DNA from: Octopus vulgaris
Lineage: Eukaryota
Length of the DNA stretch: 64,000 bases
NCBI GenBank assembly: GCA_951406725.2
Contig: OX597822.1
Coordinates: 9,548,001-9,612,000 of the forward strand
Direction of reading: 5' to 3'
Below, one piece after another: positions 15,211 through 28,019 of this stretch. Each line of letters opens with the position of its first letter. The first letter of the stretch is position 1. A program made the translations under genes and the position numbers. A model generated the notes under the pieces. It searched no databases, was not told where the DNA came from, and was given only the letters and a program-made list of their open reading frames with translations.

Positions 15211-17095
15211 ATTCATAAAGTGGACCTCATCCAAAATGTGAAGGTTATACCAATGGCACTCTCAGACCACAACATTGTTGAACTGTGTATGATCCTGTGG
15301 AAACTGTTAGTATCTGCCCTATCAGGAGGACTCAAGCCTTATCCAACCTGAATTTCCATAAGGCGAAATGGGAATCGATCCGCAAAGAGATCCACAAATA
15401 AAACTGGTGCAACATTCTGTGTATCCAAGACACTGTTCTGAAACTCAGCCAGTTTATGTCAACAGTGCAAGCTATACACACTAAATATGTCCCAGAAAGA
15501 ATAGTCAGCACATTGTCAAACAAGATTCCCAGGGACAGAAAAATCCTCATGAGTGAATCATAAGGAAGAAGTTGATAATATTCCTAGAAGGAAATAACCT
15601 ACTGAACAATACTCAGCATGGCTTCCACCCAGGAAGAAGCTGCATCACACAGCTCCTTCAGCACTATGTCTGGGTTTTGAAACAGCTACTTGACCATTCA
15701 GATGTCAGGGTAGCAAAAAATCTGCTAAAATGTCTTATTGACGAGTTTCATTTCTTCACTTCCCTGAAGAGAAGATTGCATTGTTTTATACCATTTATTC
15801 TTTTGAATAACATCAGTGAAATCTTCAAAACTTGTGTCAGAAGTAAACGTAGATATACCTAGACTTTGCAAAGGCATTTGACAAAGTAGATCATGGCATA
15901 GTAAGTCATAAGCTACGAAACCTTGGCAACGCTGGTAAACTGGGAGAATGGCTGCATGACTTCCATAAAAACAGAAGTTAGGTAGTTGCAGCCAATGGCG
16001 CCCTTTCTGAGGAAACTGAAATCATAAGTAGTGTCCCCTAGAGAACTGTTCTGGGGCCATTACTGTTCGTAATAGCCTTCTTAGACATGCCCACAGTCAT
16101 TCGGACAGCAACTGTCACTAGCTATGCTGATGACACAAAGTTATCACAGGCAATAAAAAACCAAGAGGATGTTACAAGCTAACAGCAGGACCTGAACTCA
16201 GTGTAGAAGGGGGCCGAAATAAAACACATGCAGTTTAATGCTGGAAAATGTCAAGCACTGTAATATAAACTCAGTACAAATACAGTAAAAAGTACATTTG
16301 GAGGACCCGAAGGCACTACAATCCCAAAGTGACAGGCAGTGAAAGACTTGGCAATGACATCATTTCATATGCACATAAGCAAGATGGCAGCAAAATGCAG
16401 ACAAGTGGCAGGATGAATACTGAGGTCCTTCAAGACAAGAGACCAAGAAACTATGTTGACCCTGTGGAGAACCTTTGTTCTTGGCCGCCCGGACTACTGT
16501 TCCCAGTTATGGTCCCCACAAAGTGCCAAACTAACAGCGGAGCTTGAAGCAGTCCAACACCACTACACTAAAAAGATTGAAACAGTGCAGTGGATGAGCT
16601 ACAGGGATAGGCTGAGAAAACTGAACCTTTACTCCCTGGAGTGAAGGCGTAACAGATACACAATAATCTACATATGAAAAATCCTTCAAAGGCTGGTACC
16701 TAACTTTGGCATTGAGTGTTATACAAATGCCAGAACTGGCTGCCATTGCATTGTACCGAAGGTACCGTCCACACCATCTGAATTCAGGACCAGGTACTGC
16801 AATTGTCTAGGGCTCAAAGGCCCACAGTTCTTCAATGCCTTGCCACAAAAATTATGAAACTTGCGTAAGGTGGAAGTAAATGTCTTCAAAAAGGAATTAG
16901 ACATCCTCCTCTCCACAATGCCGGATGAAGCAACAGCCCCGACATGAGGTACAAACGAGGGCTGCGGAATCAAGCTCAATTAAACATCAAATTTACCAAC
17001 AGCTGGGTAAAAGGCACATACAGGAGGGGTGATGTGAAACAGCCAGACTGAGGACCAGGGTGGTGCTTCAACATGACCACAGCCGCATGGCTGAA
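15211..17095 (+). mobile_element. Degenerate CR1-group LINE, related to 2461-3685
   Basis: [41 protein letters not shown]; 3' region similar to 3300-3660; many stops. Confidence 0.85.
15706..15847 (+). mobile_element. Short PLE-derived insertion carrying a mutated hammerhead, inside the LINE RT
   Basis: Matches ~12169-12292. Core CTGAAGA at 15764, GAAA changed to AAAA, GTC triplet retained. Interrupts the LINE between DHSDV and IYLDFAK. Confidence 0.75.
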
Positions 17096-17119
17096 AAGAT
17101 ATTACTACTTTTCTATAAA

Positions 17120-17487
17120 TGGCCACCGGAAGTCTTCCCCCATGCGCACGTGCGGGAAACTGACCTCTAAAACGCGGTTCGCTCATTCACTTTTTCTGGC
17201 CCTAGCAGCCCTCATGAACGAACGTGTACTGAGGACTTCATACCAGCCAAGCAGCGAACCACGACGAATCATTTCGACCAACAAACAAGAATCAGTACTA
17301 CAGATTCGGCTCTCGGTTTCCCTCCAGAGAACACGTGCACCAGTTCTACATTACGACGAGAAATAAACACCATTACTTTGCTGTGTTCGTAGACAACCTG
17401 ACTTGTCTGTTATTTTTAACTAAAATTGAATGTGACGGGATCAGATCGGACACCCCTCCAGTGATACCGAATCCAGATCCTGTTACA
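17120..17487 (+). mobile_element. 5'-truncated solo LTR (duplicate of 27279-27719)
   Basis: Near-identical to 27338-27719; ends ATCCTGTTACA. Confidence 0.75.
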
Positions 17488-17801
17488 TACCTATCCGTTG
17501 ATGAAGGCATGGTGGAGTGTAAAGGCAGAATACATTTCCTATGATATATGCCAGGAAAACCCACAAAGTAGGAAATCAAAGTCTGGAAGATTTGTGAAGC
17601 AAATATGGGGTACTGCTGTGGGTTTAGTTATAATTCAGAAAGAAGAGAAATGATCTAAGTCAGCATGGCCTAGGGTACAATGAAGTCTGGAATGTATCAC
17701 TTCCATACCATAACCAGGACTGTATATCTTTTGATCAATTTTTTAGTTTAGTCAAACATGTGATGGATATAGTTGCGACAACATACACATGTGCTACAGT
17801 A

Positions 17802-20800
17802 GTGAAACTGGATATTGGGAATCATAAGAAAATAACACCATTGCTGGAAGCCGTCTCCGGGGCCCACCTCGGAATTATCCATAAACTAATCATACATGGT
17901 GCAAATATGAATGCCAACGACAATGATGGTAATAATTGTTTACACCTCTCCATAATAAAGAAACAGATGTTCCATTCTGAGGAGGAACATATTCCCATTT
18001 TAGATGAGGTAAGTTTTTAAAATTGTTTGTGAATATGTGTGTGTGGTTGGCATTAGGAAGGGCATGCAACCGCAGAAACTATGCCATAAGAAAATGACAC
18101 CATTGCTTGAAGCTGTCTCCGGGGCCCATCTCGGAATTATCCATAAAATTATCATACATGGTGCAAATATGAATGCCAACGACAATGATGGCGATAATTG
18201 TTTACACCTCTCCATAATAAAGAAAGAGATGTTCTATTCTGAGGTGGAAAATATTCCCATTTTAGATGAGGTAAGTTCTTAAAATTGTTTGTGAATATGT
18301 GTGTGTGGTTGGCATTAGGAAGGGCATGCAACCGCAGAAACTATGCCATCAGAAAATAACACCATTGCTTGAAGCTGTCTCCGGGGCCCACCTCGGAATT
18401 ATCCATAAAATTATCATACATGGTGCAAATATGAATGCCAACGACAATGATAGTAATAATTGTTTACACCTCTCCATAATAAAGAAAGAGATGTTCTATT
18501 CTGAGGTGGAAAATATTCCCATTTTAGATGAGGTAAGTTCTTAAAATTGTTTGTGAATATGTGTGTGGTTGGCATTAGGAAGGGCATGCAACCGCAGAAA
18601 CTATGCCATCAGAAAATAACACCATTGCTTGAAGCTGTCTCCGGGGCCCACCTCGGAATTATCCATAAAATTATCATACATGGTGCAAATATGAATGCCA
18701 ACGACAATGATGGTAATAATTGTTTACACCTCTCCATAATAAAGAAACAGATGTTCTATTCTGAGGTGGAAAATATTCCCATTTTAGATGAGGTAAGTTC
18801 TTAAAATTGTTTGTGAGTATGTGTGTGTCGTTGGCATTAGGAAGGGCATGCAACCGCAGAAACTATGCCATAAGAAAATGACACCATTGCTTGAAGCTGT
18901 CTCCGGGGCCCACCTCGGAATTATCCATAAAATTATCATACATGGTGCAAATGTGAATGCTGTCGACAATGATGGTAATAATTGTTTACAACTCTCCATA
19001 ATAAAGAAACAGATGTTCTATTCTGAGGTGGAAAATATGCCCATTTTAGATGAGGTAAGTTCTTAAAATTGTTTGTGAATATGTGTGTGTGGTTGGCATT
19101 AGGAAGGGCATGCAACCGCAGAAACTATGCCATAAGGAAATAACACCATTGCTTGAAGCTGTCTCCGGGGCCCACCTCGGAATTATCCATAAAATTATCA
19201 TACATGGTGCAAATATAAATGCTGTCGACAATGATGGTAATAATTGTTTACACCTCTCCATAATAAAGAAACAGATGTTCTATTCTGAGGTGGAAAATAT
19301 GCCCATTTTAGATGAGGTAAGTTCTTAAAATTGTTTGTGAATATGTGTGTGTGGTTGGCATTAGGAAGGGCATGCAACCGCAGAAACTATGCCATAAGAA
19401 AATGACACCATTGCTGTAAGCCGTCTCCGGGGCCCACCTTGGTGTTATCCATAAACTTATCATACACGGTGCAAATATGAATGCCAACGACAATGATGGC
19501 GATAATTGTTTACACCTCTCCATAATAAAGAAAGAGATGTTCCATTCTGAGGTGGAAACCATTCCCATTTTAGATGAGGTAAGTTTTTAAAATTGTTTGT
19601 AAATATGTGTGTGTGGTTGGCATTAGGAAGGGCATGCAACCGCAGAAACTATGCCATAAGAAAATAACACCATTGCTTTAAGCCGTCTCCGGGGCCCACC
19701 TCGGAATTATCCATAAACTCATCATACATGGTGCAAATATAAATGCTGTCGACAATGATGGTAATAATTGTTTACATCTCTCCATAATTAAGAAAGAGAT
19801 GTTCCATTCTGAGGTGGAAAATATTCCCATTTTAGATGAGGTAAGTTCTTAAAATTGTTTGTGAGTATGTGTGTGTCGTTGGCATTAGGAAGGGCATGCA
19901 ACCGCAGAAACTATGCCATAAGAAAATGACACCATTGCTTGAAGCTGTCTCCGGGGCCCACCTCGGAATTATCCATAAAATTATCATACATGGTGCAAAT
20001 ATGAATGCCAACGACAATGATGGCGATAATTGTTTACACCTCTCCATAATAAAGAAAGAGATGTTCTATTCTGAGGTGGAAAATATTCCCATTTTAGATG
20101 AGGTAAGTTCTTAAAATTGTTTGTGAATATGTGTGTGTGGTTGGCATTAGGAAGGGCATGCAACCGCAGAAACTATGCCATCAGAAAATAACACCATTGC
20201 TTGAAGCTGTCTCCGGGGCCCACCTCGGAATTATCCATAAAATTATCATACATGGTGCAAATATGAATGCCAACGACAATGATGTAATAATTGTTTACAC
20301 CTCTCCATAATAAAGAAAGAGATGTTCTATTCTGAGGAGGAACATATTCCCATTTTAGATGAGGTAAGTTTTTAAAATTGTTTGTGAATATGTGTGTGTG
20401 TGGTTGGTATTAGGAAGGGCATGCAACCGCAGAAACTATGCCATAAAAAAATAACACCATTGCTTGAAGCTGTCTCCAGGGCCCACCTCGGAATTATCCA
20501 TAAACTCATCATACATGGTGCAAATATGAATGCTGTCGACAATGATGGTAATAATTGTTTACATCTCTCCATAATTAAGAAAGAGATGTTCCATTCTGAG
20601 GTGGAAAATATTCCCATTTTAGATGAGGTAAGTTCTTAAAATTGTTTGTGAATATATGTGTGTGGTTGGCATTAGGACGGGCATGATGGCCCACCTCGGA
20701 ATTATCCATAAACTCATCATACATGGTGCAAATGTGAATGCTGTCGACAATGATGGTAATAATTGTTTACACCTCTCCATAATAAAGAAAGAGATATTCC

Positions 20801-20911
20801 ATTCTGAGGTGGAAAATATTCCCATTTTAGATGAGGTAAGTTCTTAAAATTGTTTGTGAATATGTGTGTGTGGTTGGCATTAGGAAGGGCATGCAACCGC
20901 AGAAACTATGC
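17802..20911 (+). repeat. Tandem array 1: 12 units of ~262 bp, each an ankyrin-repeat exon segment, GTAAGT donor and SINE-derived spacer
   Basis: Each unit encodes (K)KITPLLEAVSGAHLGIIHKLIIHGANMNANDNDGNNCLHLSIIKKEMF.SE.E.IPILDE followed by gtaagt. I count 12 donors between ~18009 and ~20836. Confidence 0.95.
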
Positions 20912-21015
20912 CAAAACTGGCAATTGGTGCCTGAGCAGCTCTGCAGCTGCCCAGCTTCTGCCAAACTATCCAACCCATGCCAGCATAGATAACGAATTAA
21001 AAATGATGATGAGGA
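20870..21015 (+). mobile_element. RTE-tail-type SINE whose 5' part forms the array spacer (second copy at ~38250-38395)
   Basis: ggttggcattaggaagggcat...gaaact...caacccatgccagcatag...atgatgatg, similar to the SINEs at 44085 and 52287. Confidence 0.7.
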
Positions 21016-21198
21016 GGAGGATGTGTGTATGTGTGAGTGAGAGAAAGAGAGAAATAGAGAAACAGGCAGATATTGTTGGCTATTCTCTTTCACTCCCATC
21101 CACTTCTCTTCCTTTAGTATTAAATAATTCAGTTTCCCCTGATAGCACTAGTTGTATTATGTAACTAACAATATTCCATCTTCTTTCACCTTCAAAAG

Positions 21199-21376
21199 CA
21201 TGGCCACTGCACTGTAAAGAATGTAACCCGTCTTAAATATGTGTCATGTAAACACTGCTATCACTGTATGAAGGAGAGGTGACCAACGACAGAGATAAGT
21301 CTTTAAATTTAAGAAAGAGAAATTCACAAACTGTTTTAAATATCGAATTTCAAGTTAAACGAGTTGAACTGTGTTA
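21199..21376 (+). pseudogene. Possible degenerate Cys-rich (RING-like) exon (second copy at ~38578-38755)
   Basis: After a pyrimidine-rich ...aaag, mixed frames give LHCKEC, SCKHCYHC and FTNCFK...QVKRVELC*. Requires frameshifts. Confidence 0.3.
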
Positions 21377-21595
21377 ATTGCTAGAAAGCATATTTCATTA
21401 TTCTTTTTCAAAGAAAGGAAAAGGAAAATAAATTTGTTTATGGACAATTAAATTTGAAGAAAATATATTCATGGACTTCGAAGAAAGTTTCTTTTATCAG
21501 TATGACAATGAATATATAACTGAGTTTATTCAAAGTTGATAATTAGGTTTCCAAATATTGCCAGGGATTGGACTTTGTGTGTATATTGACTACAG

Positions 21596-21720
21596 TAATA
21601 CCCCTTGCAATGATTGTAAAGAAGGGAGATGTGAGGAGAATGAATTTACATTTAGATGTGTGCACAAAAGTGCAATGTCCCGAGATTGTATGTATGACGA
21701 TGTAACTAGACAGATAGTCA
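21596..21720 (+). pseudogene. Possible RING-like exon fragment (second copy at ~38975-39099)
   Basis: Acceptor-like ttgactacag, then NTPCNDCKEGRCEENEFTFRCVHKSAMSRDC (CxxC...CxH...[S]xxC). Cut off by an RTE fragment. Confidence 0.4.
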
Positions 21721-21721
21721 T

Positions 21722-21862
21722 GAGGCCCTTTGTTACCAACAAAGATAGAAGCTCTCTGAACTTTGCCCTGCTTAATCTTATTCTAGCAGCTATGCTCTTG
21801 GCGCATCCACCTCCACTACTGACTTGATTACCTAGATAACAGTAGCTATCAACTACTTCTAG
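21722..21862 (-). mobile_element. RTE LINE fragment (second copy at ~39101-39241)
   Basis: LEVVDSYCYLGNQVSSGGGCAKSIAARIR...KFRELL..LVTKGL, homologous to ORF 48776-50350. Confidence 0.85.
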
Positions 21863-22230
21863 GTGCATATATATATATATATAGGTGAATTCGACTTATT
21901 GAGTATATATGTGGATGTCCGCTTGCTTTACATGGTACAATCATGGTTGTTATAATTATTATTATTATTAATATTAATATTAATTTTATTGACTTTTTGT
22001 GTGGTTATACGGACTTAAATATATATGCCTGCTTTAAATTTAAATGTGAGTGTACATGTATTTCCTTGATGTTGGTTATAGAACTATGAGTTCAATATGG
22101 AACATTATTGTGTTTGTTAATGTATATTGATATATATTGTTTATATTGTATTATTGTGTATATATATATTTGTAGAATTATGAATGTCTATGCACACATT
22201 TGTATATATTTATGTAAATTTTTTTCATAC

Positions 22231-22362
22231 TTACATTAAATTCTCTGAAGAGGCCGTGAGACATTCTTGTTAATGTCTCATTTACACCTGCTTTATATGG
22301 CTAATAGGTTAAATGGGACATACCTGTCTTCACGGCCGAAACAGCTGTCAGCTACAATGTAA
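22231..22362 (+). ncRNA. Minimal type I hammerhead ribozyme
   Basis: CTGAAGA (22245), stem II ggccgtga/tcacggcc, GAAAC-AGCT-GTC (triplet ends 22349); stem I ct/ag plus ttacatt/aatgtaa. Confidence 0.75.
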
Positions 22363-22585
22363 ATGTATTTTCTATTTCTATGTCTTGTTATATTTGTAAT
22401 ATATTATGTATAATGTCATTACTGTTGTGTAATATATTATGTATAATGTCATTACTGTTGTTATATTTGTAATATATTATGTATAATGTCATTACTGTTG
22501 GTTTAATAAAGTATTGATTGGGTATTATCTGATGGTTGATGATTGATTTAGGTATGTTTCTCCATTTTCTCATTTTGTATATATA

Positions 22586-23954
22586 ATTCCCTTTGGTAAG
22601 CAGATTAGAACTAATCTTCCCCTCCTGTTTCGCCAAGCCATTGCCAGTAACTTTCCCAGAAATTCCAAATATTACTCCATGGTTAACTCACATAAAGTTA
22701 GGATAGCTTTCTCCAACACAAAAAACCTTTCCCAGATAATCGCCTCCCATAATAATAGGCTGCTTATTAAGACCCTATCACCATTGTCCGGAGGCGCAGC
22801 TCCGTCTAATTCCAGTTTAACGTGCAGTAGGAATAATAATAAAAGAGCCAGTACAGTGACTGGTAATCTCCGTACCAACCAGAGAGTAAATGGTGATGAT
22901 AATAACGTTAGTAATGGTAATAGGGAGGTGAGCGCAGTTCGGGTCATTAATGTAGAGAGTCCTAATAGCAACTTTAGCAACGTTTCCGACAATAGTAGGT
23001 CCACGGATACTAGCAATCACAGCGTTCTCAGTGATAGGGAATACACAGGGGATAGTCCGTTAATTAGTATTGATAACGAGGAGTATAATGTAGTAGGCGG
23101 CCGCAGTTCTCAGTCATTATAGTAATAAGAACGCAGTATTAATATCAGAAGCAAATCCCAATAGAATAAGGTTCTTGTCTAGTAACTCCAAGATCAGAAA
23201 TGCCATTTACCAATGCAATGTTTACACGGATTCGGATGTCTACTCGTATGTCGGAGCCTCATCGTCAAAATTGGCCTTGAGAATATCGAACCATTTCGCA
23301 ACTTTTCGCGGCGTTAATAAATACCAAGCTACAGGACTTAACAAACTTATCTGGCGTTTGAAGAACGCGAATTCAGTTTTTAGGCTGGAATGGTCGATTT
23401 TGTCGGTGGCCCTCCCGTTTGATAGAGGCAGAAGGATATGTAATCTTTGTAACTCTGAGCTTTTCCACATATTGTTCGCCAGAGGCGCACACATAGGCTA
23501 GTATACACACACATGCTTTTAGGTAGGTATTGTCTCGCACCTAAAAAATACACCCTAAATTCAGAACATTAACTTTGGTCACACAGAACATCTCCACACC
23601 CCTTGTTCTCATTAATTCCTCACCTACTAGATTTGACCACGGCCTGACCTGGATTTATTCCAACGGACCTTTTCGTCGGCCCCCACCAACATACGGCCCC
23701 CGATTTCAACATACATTGATAAACATTTTACCCATGGGCTCTTAAGGAGCATCCTCGTTCGAATTGCTTTGCTGCGCCTTTGTTTTGTTTTGTTCTGACA
23801 ACGTAATTCCTGGTTTTTCCTGAAGAGAAAGCTGCAATATGGTATCCTTATTTAATCAGAATTTGGAAAATTGTGGCCTTTGAAACATGTGTAGAATGTA
23901 ATAAAAGGAATTCTGTACAATCTTCGTTCAACTCCATTTCTTCCATTCACTAAT
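22586..23954 (+). mobile_element. Penelope-like element 3' fragment (GIY-YIG 23175-23501), present only in copy 1
   Basis: Homologous to 91-1602 (AIYQCNV..YSYVGAS..ICNLCNSE). The empty (TA)n site is visible in copy 2 at ~39927-39947. Confidence 0.88.
23812..23900 (+). ncRNA. Hammerhead ribozyme motif, partly decayed
   Basis: CTGAAGA (23820)...TGAAAC-ATGT-GTA-GAA; homologous to 1461-1553. Confidence 0.6.
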
Positions 23955-24088
23955 TATATATATATATATATGTATATATATATGTGTGTGTGTGTGTTTG
24001 AAAGACCTCAGCATCTATCCACTGGTAGATCTGATGGTGTTTATTGTCTGTTGTTGCAGAATTTAAGCAACTCTTTGATTCCCTAATA

Positions 24089-24290
24089 TGTAACGGTCAC
24101 TACAGATGTGTGTAGAAAGGGATCCTTAGCCGTAGTGAAGGCAATCTATCTAGGGAGATAACCTTATAATAAATCACTCGGTCCGTAGCTTAGAAATACT
24201 GGGTTGACGTCCAGCGGGAACAGCTTTGTTTCATGGAGGTGGAAAGATCTTCTTTAGTACTTGGTTGTACAATGCTTTCCAATGTGTGCA
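24089..24290 (+). mobile_element. Possible short LTR (second copy at ~40069-40270)
   Basis: Begins TGTAACGG, contains AATAAA, ends in CA and is followed by gtagTGGCGC (PBS-like). No TSD found. Confidence 0.3.
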
Positions 24291-24711
24291 GTAGTGGCGC
24301 GCGCACACATTATTAGCCATTTGAAAAGACTATGAGTCTCGACCATGGTCGAACAATGATGATGATGCTAGTAGAAAAGGGTTGTCAGTGGATATAAAAA
24401 AAGCAAAATTAAAACAAAAAAAAGTGAAATAATCCAAGAGCTGAAAAGAAATCTATCTACCTATGCACAACCATGTGTAGATGAAAACGGCACCCTGTTT
24501 GTTAACCTTGATTATAACAGGTACATGGGCAGCGTAGATCAGCTGAATCAAATAATAAGCTATTATCCAGTTGGTACACTGGGTAATAAATGATGGTGAT
24601 ACCTGGATGTCCTTCCTAACACCAACCACTCCAAGCGTGTAGCCAACCATTCCAAGAGTGTTCATATTATATAGCAAATCAGGAGGGGCTTGAAAGCAGT
24701 GTGACCATCTG

Positions 24712-25975
24712 GTATGCTATGACCTGTCAGGACTCAGTGGTTTATCCAGTTTTTTACTTGGCAGGTGGATACACTACCAGACTCCACCCTTATGGACACT
24801 ACCTTGGCGTGGTGAAAGAGCTTACATCCATATGGGGGTGATGCCGGATAAAGCCCTCATATTGGACAAACTAAATGTGTCCTTCTTCCCCAAAGCGGTG
24901 CCAAGTAATTTGGTGGGGACCATGCGGGATATGGGTGATCCTGATTGGGTAGTCCCGTGCTAGTCAATTAGTGGCTGGCCCAGTCTGCTTCGTTATCTTC
25001 TGATGGTAGGTTGTGAGGGTTCCTACCGGGGACTTTAAGAATTCGGCTAGGTCCTCCTTTAGTATACATCGGCGGAACCTGGTTGTTATCTGGGAGGGTC
25101 CTGGCTTGGGTCCTTGCTTAGTTCTCTTTGTTAGGAAGGTCCGGGATATCTCGGGTGGTTCCCTATTGGGGATCACCAGATTTCTTCTGGGCCCGAGTGA
25201 GGAGGCCTGTCTTTTATGACCCCAGCCAGCGATGTTATCGAAAACCCACTGCTGACCTGGGGTGGATACACTGACAGGCCGGGCCTGGCGTTGATGACCC
25301 CATTGGGACCTGTTGGTTGTGCTCAGGCTTGAATACACCAGCAGGGAGGTCTGGTATGCTATGACCTGTCCGGACTCAGTGGTTTATCTACAAAGTTTTA
25401 CTCAGCAGATGGATACGCTGCCAGGCCTCACTCTTGGGGTGGAGTTACTGACAGGTGGAACCACTCCCGGTCTGCTGTTGGGAAACGATGTAGTTGGCCG
25501 GAGGGTACTCTAGTCAGTTGGGGCGATGGTTTTGCTAGCCTTACACTGTGGGGGTGGTTTTGCACCTTCTTTAAGTTCAACTTAATCGTTTCAGCCATAG
25601 ACCCATGGAAATTGCCGCTCAGACATGACTAAAATCAATAAGTTTAGAAACAAACAGCAGCCAGGCGCCGCCAAACTGGTGGCCTGTGGGTCCGGGATGG
25701 GGCCCGCAGGTCAGGCTGAGTGCACTGCCCAGATGCGTTCGGCCGAATTGCGACCTTCCCCTGCAGGGGACAACAAGCGATCTCCTCTGCAAGGTAGTAC
25801 TGGAGGCTCATCAAATAATGACTTGACCAGTGTAGGGCGCAAAAGAGAGTGCCTGACACTGACGTATTACAGGAATAGACCGAGCATATTTAGTTTAGAC
25901 TACGGACAAAATTCCCTGGTAGTAAAAGGCTTTCAGCTCCTGCTGGACCGAGCAATCTTAAAACAGACACTAAAT
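24712..25975 (-). mobile_element. Probable non-LTR (Tx1/L1-like) 5'/ORF1 fragment with an internal duplication
   Basis: GC-richer block; minus strand carries a decayed zinc knuckle (..GEEGHI..); ggtatgctatgacctgtc...ggatac occurs at both ~24711 and ~25353. Confidence 0.45.
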
Positions 25976-26783
25976 GTGAAACAATTTTCAAAGAAGCTGT
26001 AACTTATTTCGAGGGAAATGACATTCCCCTAAAAAACACAACAGTTTGTGATAATGACAGTGTTCCATCCATGATTGGCAGATACAGAGGTTTTATTGCC
26101 TATTTGAATAATGCAGTGCCTGAAGTATTTTTGCATACAATGCACAATACTCTGACAACATTTACATTTAAGTGGACATCTTCACAATGCCCTTAATATT
26201 GTGATAAAAATTAATTATATAAAACCAAATTCATTATGAGACAGCATCTTTCATGAATTCTGCAATTGAAATAAAGAGGAGTTTGAACACCTTGTAATTC
26301 ACAGAAGTGAGATGGTTATCGAAAGGTAACTGTCTCAGGTTGTTTTCATGCACTTTGGGACACTATTATCTCGTTTCTGGCTAACAAATGGTTACAGCTA
26401 AATGTAATACATTTTATTTATCCAATATATGACAAAATTAATTTAATAAAGAGTTTCAAGGCCGAAACATTGATCTAATATCCTCCAAAGGAGATATTAG
26501 TCCTTTCTCGAAAAAGTACCACTCTAGAAAATGAATATTGTATGTCGTGCATTGTTACAAATTCCTAGTTTGGAATCGACTAGCAGTAATCTGCATCAGG
26601 ATGACCTTGTATACTGAACAGCTGAAAAAACTTGCAAAATTATATGCCAGGTCAGTTTAGCAACATACTGAAGTTAAATAGACCATGTTGGGTAACACTT
26701 CTTTTTGAAGTTAATGTTACTTATGTAGATATCTGCAAGAGAATCTCACTGGATTCCGGAGTAACAAAATATTTCCAGCAAGA
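25976..26783 (+). mobile_element. hAT (Charlie/Buster-type) transposase fragment, degenerate
   Basis: SMIGRYRGFIAYL..AVPEVF, HLHNALNIVIK, EVRWLSKGNCL. A Charlie-like 3' terminus lies at ~41622-41690. Confidence 0.75.
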
Positions 26784-27278
26784 TTTACCCCTTTAAAGAG
26801 CAACCTGACTATATAACCAGCCGAAAATATTTTTGGTTTAGACGACCAACGTGAATTTCAGCACAAATCTCATTAGTACATTTGTGAAACACAATTTCAG
26901 TTTGTAAATAGTTGTGTTACAGCACCCAACATTATTTGGTGCGATATCTGAGCTCTGCGAATTTTGGGAGATATTTTTTCTACATTTTTTCTTTGGCAAT
27001 TGTTTTTCAAGTTTTAAAATGGATAACAGTTTCATGCAATCAAGCAGTGAATCTGAATTTGAGAAGTTTTCAACGGAAGATACAAAGAAATTGAACACCA
27101 TACAAGTGAAAAACAAAAGCATGTGCTGTACCAAAAGGAATTTAAAACTATTTTTACAAACAGTTTTTCAGAAGAGACTGGACCGACTCGTATGTGGAGT
27201 ACCAAACTTCAATCCATAATTTAAAATCAGACCTGTCATCAAATGCATAAAAACAACTCTACAACCCAGGTACATACA

Positions 27279-27719
27279 TGTAGTGATGCTGCTGTGTAAG
27301 GTTCAGCGCACATGCGCAGAATGGGATTGCTTCCAGTTGGCCACCGGAAGTCTTCCCCCATGCGCATGTGCGGGGAAATGACCCCTAAAACGCTGTTCGC
27401 TCATTCATCCTTTCTGGCCCTAACAGCCCTCGAGAACGGACGTGTACTGGCATTCTCTGTGGACTTCATACCAGCCAAGCAGCGAACCACGACAAATCAT
27501 TTCGACCAACAAACAAGAATCAGTACTACAGATTCGGCTGTCGGTTTCCCTCCAGAGACCACGTACACCAGTCCTACATTACAACGAGAAATAAACACCA
27601 TTACTTTGCTGTGTTCGTAGACAACCTGACTTGTCTGTTATTTTTAACTAAAATTGAAGGTGACGGGATCAGATCGGACACCCCTCCAGTGATACCGACC
27701 GAATCCAGATCCTGTTACA
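27279..27719 (+). mobile_element. Solo LTR (Gypsy-like) inserted into the piggyBac transposase
   Basis: TGTAGTGATGC...ATCCTGTTACA termini, AATAAA, 4-bp TSD taca/tacc; splits YNPGTY|LSVDE. Confidence 0.8.
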
Positions 27720-28019
27720 TACCTATCCGTTGATGAAGGCATGGTGGAGTGTAAAGGCAGAATACATTTCCTATGATATATACCTGGAAAACCCACAAAG
27801 TAGGGAATCAAAGTCTGGAAGATTTGTGAAGCAAATATGGGGTACTGCTGTGGGTTTAGTTATAATTCAGAAAGAAGAGAAATGATCTAAGTCAGCATGG
27901 CCTAGGGCACAATGAAGTTTGGAATTTATCACCAGGACTGTATATCTTTTGACCAATTTTTTAGTTTAGTCAAACATGTGATGGATATAGTTGCGACAAC
28001 ATACACATGTGCTACAGTA

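Larger units (their letters stand above)
17120..24711 (+). mobile_element. Truncated duplicate (copy 1) of the cargo-bearing piggyBac element
   Basis: Collinear with 27338-40691. piggyBac motifs YLSVDEGMVECKGR, MPGKPTK.., FDQFFS, TCATV (17488-17801), and RKGL..MKKAKLK, DYNRYMGSVDQLNQ (24365-24605). Confidence 0.85.

Noticed and set aside
17760-18020. Functional piggyBac-ankyrin fusion protein (also 27912-28238)
   Set aside because: The junction is in frame, but the upstream transposase has several stops and frameshifts and an LTR insertion, so only a short remnant could be fused.
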